DNA of 48,929 bases, counting the filler, from Sphacelaria rigidula (lineage: Eukaryota), in the NCBI GenBank assembly GCA_964200075.2. It is 3 parts of 3 records of this genome, joined end to end, with 100 filler letters (N's around TTAATTAATTAA, not from the genome) between each part and the next. Parts side by side here need not be neighbours in the genome. Positions count along the whole stretch, not along the records: positions 1 to 16,245 come from CAXNAA020001429.1; positions 16,346 to 32,588 come from CAXNAA020001430.1; 1 more part is not named here. The stretch is one strand, 5' to 3'. Position 1 is the stretch's first letter; the number at the start of each line of letters is the position of its first letter. This document shows, in pieces, positions 12,801 through 22,759 of the stretch. The notes beneath the pieces are model-generated. The model had not been told where the DNA came from and searched no databases. It saw only the letters and a list, made by a program, of their open reading frames with translations. Both the position numbers and the translations under genes were made by a program.

Positions 12801-15323
12801 TATGACCTAAAGAACGTGCGACAGCACAAAGACGCACACACACCATCACACACTCGCCTCATCGTCCTCAAGGCTGAGGAAAAGGTTGCCGCAGTAGCTG
12901 TCTCTCCCGAAACGGTCCCAGTCGAACAGCTGGATGCTCACCTGGTGCAGGGAAGCGAAAGAGCGGGAGACATCGGGACAAAAATGGCCATGATTACGAA
13001 TAAGTGAATAAAAATGGAGGTAATGCATCATTCGTCCGTCCATCCGTCCGTTTGTTCGTTCGTTCGTTCGTTGATTCGTCGTGACGGGACACATGTTCAG
13101 GTATGCCAAGCGAAGGTACAAGATCAATTCAGGTACAGACAGCTCTGAGCAACATCGTACTTCGCCCCGAATACGATCATGTAATCGGTCGAGATCGTGA
13201 GACACTCCCCGGGCAGCTGCGAACCCCGCGAGTGAATCTTGAAATCGCCTACGTTTCTCCGCAACCCCGTACCCTCGCATCGCTGAATTGCTGAATGTGG
13301 CGAGAGTAGTCGGTCACTTGATATTGAAGAGGAACAGCTCCCAATGATCCCTCTCACGAAAACGCTGGCGAAAAAAGAGCCCCGGCGTTTTCACCGCATA
13401 CATGCGCAAGGAAGTCACTACTTCTGCACATCCTTTTCCCCAGGCGTTTCACACTCCGCGAATGTACAGAGTCGCTCCTGCTGCCATTCCCGTGCTCATC
13501 TCCCGATCTCACAAGTCGCTCACCGGTCAAGGGCAGGTGACAGCGGCGAAACCAACCGCTACCGTTCGTGCTGGGTACTGCGCACAATTTTCTCCAGAAC
13601 AAAAACAAAAAACGCAAATAAGCCACAACTACAAGCGGCGCCACCACTCGAGAACTGCTCACTTTGCACGAGGCTCGTCGTGGCTTATTTCCCCATGTGA
13701 AGCAACCAACAGCGACTGCAACAGGATTTAGAGTAGAGGTTCTTGCCGGCGTCACAATCTGTGAACAAGTTCTTACATCTCTCATTCTTCCAGCCTCAAA
13801 CTCTCACGTGCCAAGTTTTCACACGCAGGACATTGCCAATAGATGACATGTTGTGGATTTACGTTGTCAAAAACGTGTACTGTGTACAATATGGAATCTG
13901 TTGCCTGTTGCAACGGACGCAATAGTCGATACTGCACGCCGTATAATTTTTGACGGTGACATGTATTGCCATTGCTTTCAAGTGGTGGCGCCAACTGTGA
14001 ACACACAAACGCGCGCACGTACAAAAACACGACGCACACGGACGCAACCCCAGGGCTGCACTCGGAGCGCTGATGACCCCACTGCAGCGCCCAAGTCCGG
14101 CATTTATCTTACAACAGAGTAGTGGAGTTTTGCATGTACTGTTCTGTGACGCGCTCGTTGCAGCCTATTGCTTCCGAGGAACAGGAAGCACAGTGAGGCA
14201 GGTGCAGACGGGCGTACCGATCTGCCTGCACTGTTGTTGCCAGCAGTACTCGCGAAAAAAACCGACAGCAAAGTCAGCCGGCGCGGGCAGCCGAAAAAAA
14301 GCAGATGGAGCACCCAGTAACTTGCACGAAGACAAGGTATGCGGTAGGGAAGCCGCGCAAATGCATCGTCTAGTACAAAGCGTACTACTATTTAGAGCGA
14401 CTGCAACATGTGTGTGTGCTGCATCAAAGATAAAAGCTCTCTGTTCCGTGCCAACGAGAATCAATACATTTAATACATGACTGTGACGAGAGCATTAAGT
14501 TCAGTGTTTAACACAACCAGTAAGTTCCATGTGACTGTTCGACAGACCATCCTGCTCGGTGTACCCTCGTTCCAGTCGTGTTTTCAACCCCGTTCCTTCA
14601 TTGGGACGAGTCCATCACGAATCAGTCGACACATTTCTCCGTTGGCACATAGCAGTCTGTTATCGAAGATTGGATCATGACCATTAGCAATCCCGCACAT
14701 CCCCTAGTGTCGTAAATTGTTTTGGTTAGTCATGTCCTCACACCCCAACGACGAACACAAGACTCTACACAAAATCACCGTGCCTGCTGTCTATATTCAA
14801 ACCCTCGAACTTCCACTCAAACTTGTCGTTAGCGTATAATTATAATTTGCACCACCGGGGGGAGGGCCGCTTAGGGCTACAGTTAGGGTTAGGGTTAGGG
14901 TTAGGGTTAGGGTTAAACCAGAATATTTCACACAAACTTGGACAAGCATGGGCCTATTGCGGCTAATGTCGGCCGACAATAGTTGCAATAGGCCCATACT
15001 TTATGCAGTACACTTCTCGTCTAATGAATCTATTGACCATATCTTGTCCAGGGTGTGGAATATTACATGTGTACGAGAGAGAGAGAGAGAGAGAGAAAGA
15101 GAGGTAGAGCAATATGTTCACTCTACAATTGAAAAAAAAGTATACTGGGTTCATGGAGAATGACATCTTCTGAAAACAGCGTTTACTGACTGTGCATTAC
15201 CTGGGGGAAGTAGCGCTGAAACTCAATTGGCGGAAGGTCAGCCTTGACTCTCATCGTGTAGTACCACACAGGATCCACCGTCTCTCGTCTCCGCAGTTCC
15301 TTCGTATCTTCCGTCGATATCTC
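3005..15323 (-). CDS. Ferlin-family multi-C2-domain protein, internal part (partial at both ends)
   Basis: Phase-consistent exons (-): 15323-15201, 12941-12858, 12282-12097, 11461-11375, 10684-10601, 10146-10085, 9631-9485, 6607-5820, 5696-5416, 4233-4111, 3523-3422, 3100-3005. The joined peptide has ferlin-type C2 motifs: VSIQLFDWDRFGRDSYCG, GDGQGELLVSLQ, ILGIRDLQP, PSGSNANF, YAPRVKIRVYDTRLGG, VGKLKCIVRV, VRLYALEARGLTPMD..GKSDPYLKVTLG, LPGAGQLQIDMMDYDTIGRDDRIGGTVIDLEDRWF. The N-terminus and C-terminal TM helix were not found on this scaffold. Confidence 0.9.
4300..4382 (-). repeat. Oligo(C)-tailed dispersed repeat, family A
   Basis: On the + strand: G-rich run, then gtgtactcatgatcttgcaagccgtggtcatgagaccattgac...gggacggagcacg. 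Confidence 0.8.
7218..8657 (-). mobile_element. tRNA-derived SINE split by a DNA transposon (SINE parts 7218-7461 and 8510-8657)
   Basis: Head on the - strand at 8657-8585 has A-box TGGCTCAGTTGG and degenerate B-box GGTTTGAATC. The sequence gaccattaa|gtcgaattt is contiguous in the 1790-1812 copy but interrupted here. (CA)n tail at 7218-7250. Confidence 0.88.
7462..8509. mobile_element. Non-autonomous piggyBac-type DNA transposon (1048 bp)
   Basis: Perfect 13-bp TIRs CCCTTTTGGAACT (7462-7474) and AGTTCCAAAAGGG (8497-8509); flanked by TTAA (7458-7461) and TAAA (8510-8513). The empty site, a single TTAA, is visible in the intact SINE copy near 1802-1805. Confidence 0.88.
8993..9103 (-). repeat. 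Oligo(C)-tailed dispersed repeat, family B
   Basis: On the + strand: G-run, then gcgtactcatttgttgcttgccttagtcgtttgaccattgaccacgcatccctttcgagacggagcaccg; homologous to 16430-16521 and 21841-21944. Confidence 0.85.
10940..11100 (-). repeat. Oligo(C)-tailed dispersed repeat, family A (partial tandem duplication)
   Basis: Two consecutive G-run-led units (10940-10987 and ~11000-11087) matching the 4305 copy. Confidence 0.8.
14871..14915 (+). repeat. Interstitial telomeric repeat (TTAGGG)n
   Basis: One TTAGGG, a 6-bp spacer, then five tandem TTAGGG units inside a ferlin intron. Confidence 0.9.
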
Positions 15324-16148
15324 CTGAAAAAAAAAAATATATATATATATATGTGTATAATATATGCGTTTTGAATGAATGAACAACTAAATCGCAGAGA
15401 AAACATGAGACCAATACGAGTATACGTCATTCAAAACAAGAACGTGGGATGAATCGTGCATGGGTTAGAACTATGTGTGTCTGATTCATGTCGAATGAAT
15501 CACGGACAGGGGCGGACGTGAGCTCCTCTCATACCATACGGATGACGAGTAGGGAAATATGCGAATGATTCATGCCGTACGAATCACAGGTGGGGAAAAT
15601 GCACGTTCGATTTCGTAGCATCTGAATCACGGGTGGAAATCCAGAACGAACCCCCGTTCTTGTAGGAATTGATGCATTCATGAGCTTCTTCCAACAAAAT
15701 CAATTGAGTAAAATAAAAATATGAATCAACGAAACAATATGTCTCTGCCACCTCTCCATGAACCGGTCCGCTTACTATTAACCCCGGCATGTCAACCCGG
15801 TCCATCACCCAACGCTTGTCAGCCCCCGGATTGTCATCCTTCAATATCCAGCCTTGGCTATGGTCATGCTCCTCACTCAGAATGCCGCGTCGCACACCCC
15901 ATCGTTGGCCAGTCCACACCTTGTCCCAAGCCTCACTCTACAAGGCTTACCAATTTCGAGTCCGCGTCGCGATCCCGCACCCTCCGTATCCCCTGCAGCG
16001 AGTGAAAAGCTGTAACTCGCACATACCTTCCGTCCTGGACTAGATAGGCTTCACCCGTCATCTACGGGTCCCTCCTACGTTTCACCTCATCAACCGTTTC
16101 ACTCGTTTGCTTATACTTTCGATTCTCTCGTCAAAAATAAATATATAT

Positions 16149-16229
16149 TGGGGGGCGTTCTCATGATCTTGCATGCCGTAGTCACAAGACCATTGACCTC
16201 GTATCCCTACAAAGCCGGGACGGAGCACG
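16149..16229 (-). repeat. Oligo(C)-tailed dispersed repeat, family A
   Basis: gggggcgttctcatgatcttgcatgccgtagtcacaagaccattgacctcgtatccctacaaagccgggacggagcacg. Confidence 0.8.
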
Positions 16230-16245
16230 GGGGCAAGAGGGGGGG

Positions 16246-16345
16246 NNNNNNNNNNNNNNNNNNNNNNNNNNNNNNNNNNNNNNNNNNNNTTAATTAATTA
16301 ANNNNNNNNNNNNNNNNNNNNNNNNNNNNNNNNNNNNNNNNNNNN
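16246..16345. other. Artificial scaffold linker (N44-TTAATTAATTAA-N44)
   Basis: Six-frame stop linker between N runs; flanking pieces are 16245 and 16243 bp, consistent with size-sorted concatenation. Confidence 0.97.
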
Positions 16346-16429
16346 TTTTTTTTTGTTGATTTTTTTGTAACAAGGTGGACAAAAACAAATGAAAAAGTGA
16401 AGGCAATCTCCGAAAAGATGCCCCCCGTT

Positions 16430-16521
16430 GGGGGGGGGGGGGGGCGTTGGGGGGGCGTACCCATTTGTTTCCTGCCTTAGTCGTTTAACCATTGACCACG
16501 CATCCCTTTCGAGACGGAGCA
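16430..16521 (-). repeat. Oligo(C)-tailed dispersed repeat, family B
   Basis: Near-identical to 9000-9071. Confidence 0.85.
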
Positions 16522-17009
16522 ACCCGGGGGGGGTGGGGCTACGAGTCCGAATCATTTCTCCGCGCCCACGGGAGAACAATTGTTCGCTTACGTACAGTGA
16601 CTTACCCCGACGGTTCCCACTTTCAAAAGTTTCAATGAAGACAACCAACCGTCTCGCGGGGGTAACACGCTGGCCCGGAGTTTCACGAAACTCATCGTTC
16701 GTACAATTTGTCCGCATGTCAACCGATTGGGGTGGGGTCACCACGGCTGTTTGCTTCGGCAGCAACATGCTCTCTGTCAGCACCGCCACCCTGAAGCATT
16801 ATCTCTCTCTCCCCCCTGGAACTCCTCAACCCCCACCCGGAGGAGCAACCGCTGACAAGAAGAAGTCACCAGCCACCCTTGCCTTTTTGTTTGATTTGTG
16901 AGCGGGCGGTCTTGAGTTCCTCCCTTCGAAGCTGCACAAAAGCAAGACGCTGTGCTAGCGAGCTACCGCCGGTGTCACAGAAAAGCCCTGTCGAGCATTC
17001 CTCGCACCC

Positions 17010-19886
17010 ATGAAGCCTTCTGGATCCGATCCCACTCCCGTAATGCTTTCACAAGTACCCACGTCGACGGTGCAATGCGTGATCGCAGGCTGCGGCTACG
17101 AGGTCGAGGTTTACGGCGTGAGGGAGCGACGGCTGCCTTGTACATTTTACAAGTTACCAACTATCTTCCCGCGCTGTCTTCCTCAAAAATTTCACCCCTC
17201 TGCCATTCGAAGGCGTCAGCGCGCTCATCTGAAAACGCACGACGGCGACTTCGCAGAGGGAAGCCCGGAGCAACGGCACCTACTTGAAGCGCAAAGGCGA
17301 TTGGCGTCGATACGGTTCCGAGCGAAGGGGAGCTCGGCACACGAGCTGCAGCTGTCGAGAAGAGAGAGGAGGAACGAGCGGCTGAGAAACTACCGTGAGA
17401 AGGCCGCCCGGCTATTCCACTTGAAGAACGAGCGCTGCTGGAGGGTGAGAGGCGGCAATGTCGTGTCCCCTCGGCAAGCGAATGATTTGCCGTTTGTACC
17501 CCCCATACACAGGCGAAGACGTCTGGCCTCAGGCATTCGAAACGAATCATGCCGCCTATGTACAGTAACGATTTCGGCCTGTGGCGTCGTCCGGCATATC
17601 CCCCATACGAAAAGGGTGTAAAAAAAGAAAGCAGTTCGAGACAAAGAAGGCATAGATTGATCCAGAGGGAAGAATACAAGAGCACAACAGAGAGCGGAAA
17701 AAAACGATACTTTTGTTGACTGTTGCGCTGCGAGGGTAGTCCATCTGGATCGTGCATACCCTTTCCAATTGAAGTTGGTGCCGATTTCGACGGATGAGCT
17801 GCTATTACCGTGTAGGGGTTAATACTCTGGTTTGTTGGGACGTGCAATAGAGAACAAACTCCGCATATACAGACCGAACACTAGAGTGCGGACGTAAGAG
17901 AGCGCTCATCAACATGGAGATTTCCGCCATGTGCACATTCTCGCCCGTCACCTACTCCGCCTTCCATTCCTTCGCGCTCCCTTCGTACATGCAGCCTTTC
18001 GAAGAACGATTACGGGAGTCTGGGTTCCAGCGAAACACGTTACCTTCAGCGGGAGAGGTACATGACATAAACGTACTGGGTCATCTCACCCAAGACGCGT
18101 TTTACGAAGCAGCAATATTTTCTGGGTGCGGGCAACTTCAGATCAACGCTTTCTTTGATGTGGTGGAAGGGGTGCTCCTCACGGCGGAACGAGGCAAGGT
18201 GGGTGACATTGAACGCACACCGTGAGTCACCAGACCTCAAGAAACGTCCGTGAAAAATGGTTGGTACTCGATTTCACTTGGATTCAGACTGAAAAAAGTT
18301 CTCATGAAATTTGGGTTTGGGGCAGATGATCGCAGGTGACCAGTATGCCCGGCTCGTCCAGAACGTGTTTTGGTCCAAACTCGGCACCTGCGGCGTCGAC
18401 TCTGTACGTACACATGTTCCCCTGTTATTAGAGGTGTCTCGAACTCGAGGTTCTCGGTATATTTTACAGTAGACAAATACACCGGGAAACCTCGACTTCG
18501 AGATCCCTTCATCACCCAGACGCTACGTAGTTCGCGTTGTAACAATGAACTGCTGCTTTCTTTTATTTCCTTTTATTTCGTCGTCCATTAGTATCGTGAT
18601 TGCAGCCATCGTAGTGGTCAACAGTCCGCGAAAAGGATGGGATGACACCCCCCTCCCCCCACTCACACTCACACTCACACTACCACTTCCACTCCCAAAT
18701 GGAAACAATAATACTTGTGTATGTTGTAGGTTACTGATGCTGGTACGCAGCTCATGCAATCCGCTCGGTTCAACCTGGGCAATGGGAGGGATCTCCCCAG
18801 CACCAAAGCGCTGAGGACCGTTCTGTCCTTCCGCGAGAGGACGATAACCGCGGAGGAACGCAGCGCGAGGGTCAAACGGCGGGATGACCAACGCCAGGTG
18901 CTGGGGGGAACACACGACTGGCCCGCTTGGGATCCTTACGCAGCAAAGGGCTCGGTGAGTGAATAGTGTACCAAACTCCGCCTCCCGAGGTCATGTACCG
19001 AGAACACGCCACGACCCGGGCCAACCTGAAGGCTCATATCTGCGTAGCACACTATACCTTCCTCGTGTCATGAAGCATACCGCTGTGAAGTGCAGACGAG
19101 TCACCCTACGACAGGGGGGGGGGGATTTCGGGCCATTTGTTGCTCGAAATTTCGAGTCAGATCGTCGTTGAAAGCAGCAACGGTTGTTCGATCGAGCTTG
19201 TTGTGGATCAATAACGCCCATCCATACTCCTTGACACCGTTTGGAACCAAATACAAGCGCAACGCAAGTGTGGAAGGATGTCTGACACGCTTACGAGCCT
19301 CTTCTTTCGTGCAACTAAATACCCTCCGCCCCCTCCTATCGTAGGATGACTCAGACGAACCTGCTTATGCACGCTCTTCTGTTCTAAGGCCACTTGTTAT
19401 TATTTTTCATGTCGAAAACAAAACTCCGGCCGAGAGCTCCTGTATATTTTAACCTTCTCCGTCGCTTCACGCCCGAGAGGAGGGCTACGGTGATGTTGAC
19501 ACGCTGGAATGGCTTCCTGTACCGGTTGAGACCGTCCTGGGACGAATGGGGGCATTTTGTTCTTACCTTCTCGGCCAGCGTTCCACTTTGAATAACAAAC
19601 GGCCAGGCCGCCAGAAACGAATCGGGGTTAGTTTTCCCCGGTCCCCTGATAACGCGACCGTTTGTGATTGAAAATGCATCTGTGCCAAAGGAAAAACCTG
19701 CTCAGACAGAAACTCAAAGGTGCCCTCGGAGCAATCTCAGCGAATAGAGTAGCACGTCATTCCAAGGAGTCAACATTGCTCCCTTTTCGAGCGTACAACA
19801 ACGACAAGGGCCGCAAAAGCGGTAGTCTTCGGTCCGTCTTTTTCCCCTTCACACGTGATGAGTAGCCTGAGGACGAGAGGGTGATG

Positions 19887-19927
<41 letters not shown>

Positions 19928-21114
19928 GAAACGTCACATGCATGATGTACGGCCTCAACGACGGGATCACACTCTCGACGAAAAAATACCCGTACCCGTC
20001 CGGATTCGAGCTGGTGATCTTCCCCTGCTGTGAAGGTGTCTCTTACGACTCATACCACGGGGTTCAACGGTGGCACAAAAAACGTGAAATGCACGGCAAA
20101 AGGTTAGAGAGCATTCGATTTTTTGGTCAAAGGGTTTCGCATACGGTGTACGCATCGATACGCAAAACTTTACCGCGGTAGCCGAAGACATCGAACGTTG
20201 TGCTTGTTGAGTCATGACGTGAAAAGATTTTCCCGCGGCGTTGAACTGGCTCTAAGTTGCCGCCTTGCTTCTCTTCGTCCAACTACCGCAGCACCGTCCC
20301 GAGCGATCATTGCGTAAACCTCATTAAAACTCTCAGCCTGTAGCTCTCCGCATCGAGGCGTGCACAGCCGGCCCAGCTTTCGGCTGATCCACCTGTACCA
20401 CCTTCAGATCTCTTTTACGCTAAGATACTCTCGCCACATAACGATAACGTGCACGCCTCGCTTGCTACCCCCGACAACGCACAGGGATGGGACTACCACA
20501 ATCGGATCATGGGCTTTTCCTCCGTGGGAAAGACTTGCGGCGGGGGCCACCATTTGGCGAGAAGAGATGTGATCGCTGTGTTCGACGCTCTACTGACGAG
20601 CAAGGTCCGTCATCGTGTTGCCTGCGAAATAGGGTTTGGAACAGGGTTTATGTTGTCCGAGATACTAGCGAGAGGCGTCCTTGCCGTCATAGGGCTGGAA
20701 ATCCCCGGAAACGGCACCACGGTGATGCAAACCTTCAAACCCGACCCCAGGGTCGTCCTGTACGAGGCTTACGGCGAGCACCTTTGCCTCGACAGCATGG
20801 TTCGAGCAAGGGTCACAACAATTTGTTGCATAGTGGGAGACCCCGGCTTAACTGAGCACATGACCAGGCTCTTCCTGTCGAGCCCATACGCCTGCGAGCT
20901 GGCGTACCTCCTCCCTGTACATGCGTGTGACGCAGAGCGCCTGCTGCGGGACAGCGGGAGAGTGACAATTCAACGCCTAGCGGTCAGACTGGCAAGGTCG
21001 TCGGGGACCCGGACCATCGTGGTCGCGGTGAAGACCCGCGATGCGCGCAGGCGGACAGAAAACTACAAAATATGGTGCCCTTGCGGCAGGTTTAAGCCCA
21101 CCCCCGCGCCGTAG
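17010..21114 (+). CDS. Putative spliced gene: N-terminal C2H2-like zinc finger and C-terminal class I SAM-dependent methyltransferase-like domain
   Basis: Phase-0 compatible exons 17010-17444 (probable small intron 17109-17186 with a degenerate acceptor; CVIAGC...AHLKTH), 17995-18198, 18730-18954, possible further exons at ~19479-19625 and ~19690-19821, and terminal exon 20485-21114. Joining the exons into one gene is inference. Confidence 0.5.
19098..19352. mobile_element. MITE (255 bp) with GAGTCA-starting TIRs and 4-bp TSD
   Basis: Left end GAGTCACCCTACGACAGGGG; right end reverse complement GAGTCATCCTACGATAGGAGGGG; AGAC duplicated at 19094-19097 and 19353-19356; second copy at 21549-21807. 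Confidence 0.85.
20485..21114 (+). CDS. Class I SAM-dependent methyltransferase-like domain (terminal exon, or standalone ORF from ATG 20509)
   Basis: Motif I VACEIGFGTG, helix, beta2 VIGLE ending in an acidic residue, then alternating strand/helix segments (VTTICCIVG, ELAYLLP, TIVVAVK); about 209 codons open; CAG acceptor at 20482-20484. Confidence 0.65.
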   Translation, partial: GWDYHNRIMGFSSVGKTCGGGHHLARRDVIAVFDALLTSKVRHRVACEIGFGTGFMLSEILARGVLAVIGLEIPGNGTTVMQTFKPDPRVVLYEAYGEHLCLDSMVRARVTTICCIVGDPGLTEHMTRLFLSSPYACELAYLLPVHACDAERLLRDSGRVTIQRLAVRLARSSGTRTIVVAVKTRDARRRTENYKIWCPCGRFKPTPAP

Positions 21115-21548
21115 GTTCGAGGTGAACCTGTAGGTTGGAGCAACCGCCTTGTACAGACAGACAGCTTTTGGGGTGCCCCCTTCCGACGCCCGTCCTGTGT
21201 GTTACTCTCGTCCTCATGTATACGAGTATACGTTAAATTCTGGGAACGAGTGCTTTCCCACCTCACCTACGCCCCCGTTGAGGGGTCCCGCCGAGCGACA
21301 CGGCGAGAAAACCACTGCGTGATGGACTCATGGCCTTTGTCTTTCTCCAGTATATCCAACATTTCTTCCACCCTCTGCTCGTGCGTAGAACCAGGACTGT
21401 TGGCCTGGGCAGGAGGGGAAGAACCACACGCGGGGGAGGAGAGTGCAGTTACTCTTGATTGACTGGTACGCCGACATTCGAACAACGCTTTTGCGCCTTG
21501 TACAGAAAGAGGGTAGGGATGATAGATGTAAAAGATTTTAGTGTAATG

Positions 21549-21807
21549 AAGTCATCCACGATGGGGAGGGGCGGGGGTTTTTGGGCCACTTCTTGCACGA
21601 ACGTCCGAGTCAAGTCGCCGTGGAAAGCAGCAACAACGTTTGCTCGAACGAGGTCTTTTGTAGATAAGTAACGTTGATCCGTACGGATCGACACCGGTTT
21701 GAACCAAATACAAGCGCACCGCGAGTGTGGCAGGTCGTCTGACACACTCACGAGCCTCTCTTTTGGTGAATCAATCAAATTCCCCCCCCCGTATCGTACG
21801 ATGACTC
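21549..21807. mobile_element. MITE, second diverged copy of the 19098-19352 family
   Basis: Shared internal blocks (gaaagcagcaac, aaccaaatacaagcgca, tctgacac..acgagcctct); ends aagtcatcc / gatgactc; flanks AATG / CATG. Confidence 0.8.
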
Positions 21808-21840
21808 CATGTATGAAGTAGAGGTAATGAGCACCTAAAT

Positions 21841-21944
21841 CTTGGAGGTGCCTGTATTAGGAGTAGGAACGGTGCTCCGTCTGGAGACGGACGCGTGGTG
21901 AATGGTCAAAGGACGAAGGCAAGCAACAAATGAGTGCGCCCCCC
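21841..21944 (+). repeat. Oligo(C)-tailed dispersed repeat, family B (diverged)
   Basis: ggagtaggaacggtgctccgtctggagacggacgcgtggtgaatggtcaaaggacgaaggcaagcaacaaatgagtgcgcccccc, the reverse-complement homolog of 9000-9103. Confidence 0.85.
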
Positions 21945-22759
21945 TTGGTAGAATGACTCGGCTGCGACACCGGTGGCACGGGGGGCAGGCGACCTTTGTA
22001 GCCTACACTGTTGATAAGGTGTGTGGTAGAACTCAGGGGGTGTATCACACGTGAAGGTATCGTTGTTTTCGCCCACTTGGAGGATTGCAGCAGTGGGCGG
22101 TGGGGGCGGGTCACGAACTGTATTGGGGTGCGGAATGGACACAAGACAGTCCTCCAGGAAGCGTTTTATTGTCTACATCGAACAGCACCGCTTGCACTAT
22201 CCCACACGCGTTCTATCGCGCGAAAAATGCCAGCTACATGTGCACCTTGGGTATTTTATTTACCCGGGAGTTCCCGGGGTAACGAAGCGGAGTATCTCCG
22301 CCTTCCTCATTTCCCGCCACTCCTTCTTGAAAAATGACCATGACGAGCGGTCAGGACAAGAAACAAGAAAAAAACTCCTTCTCTTGTGTGCCGTTTGACG
22401 TGGTGCCTCAGACGGCGAGAGTAGGTCAGCTGTTCGAGCGGCATCGATTTCCCTTGAAAACGGTGTGAATGATCGGGATGGACTACCCTCGTCGCAGACT
22501 GGGGTGAAGGTTTCTTCATTTACTGTCACATCCCACTGTTTCTTGTGCGCGGGTGTCTCGTAACCAGAACTTAAAAAAAAACGGGCCACGCTGCGCGTTC
22601 GACGTCCACATGTACCGGTACCATCGACGGCCTTACCCTCAACGTGCGAGAGACGGCTTTCCCCATGGTCGAGAAAGAAAATGTGTATCCGAACTCGCTA
22701 CGCCGCAGCACGAAACTCGTTCGCAAATGTATGGTGAGGGATTCACGGAACGAACAACT

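Noticed and set aside
16290-16301. TTAATTAATTAA palindrome as a regulatory or target site
   Set aside because: Artificial linker within N runs, repeated at 32633-32644.
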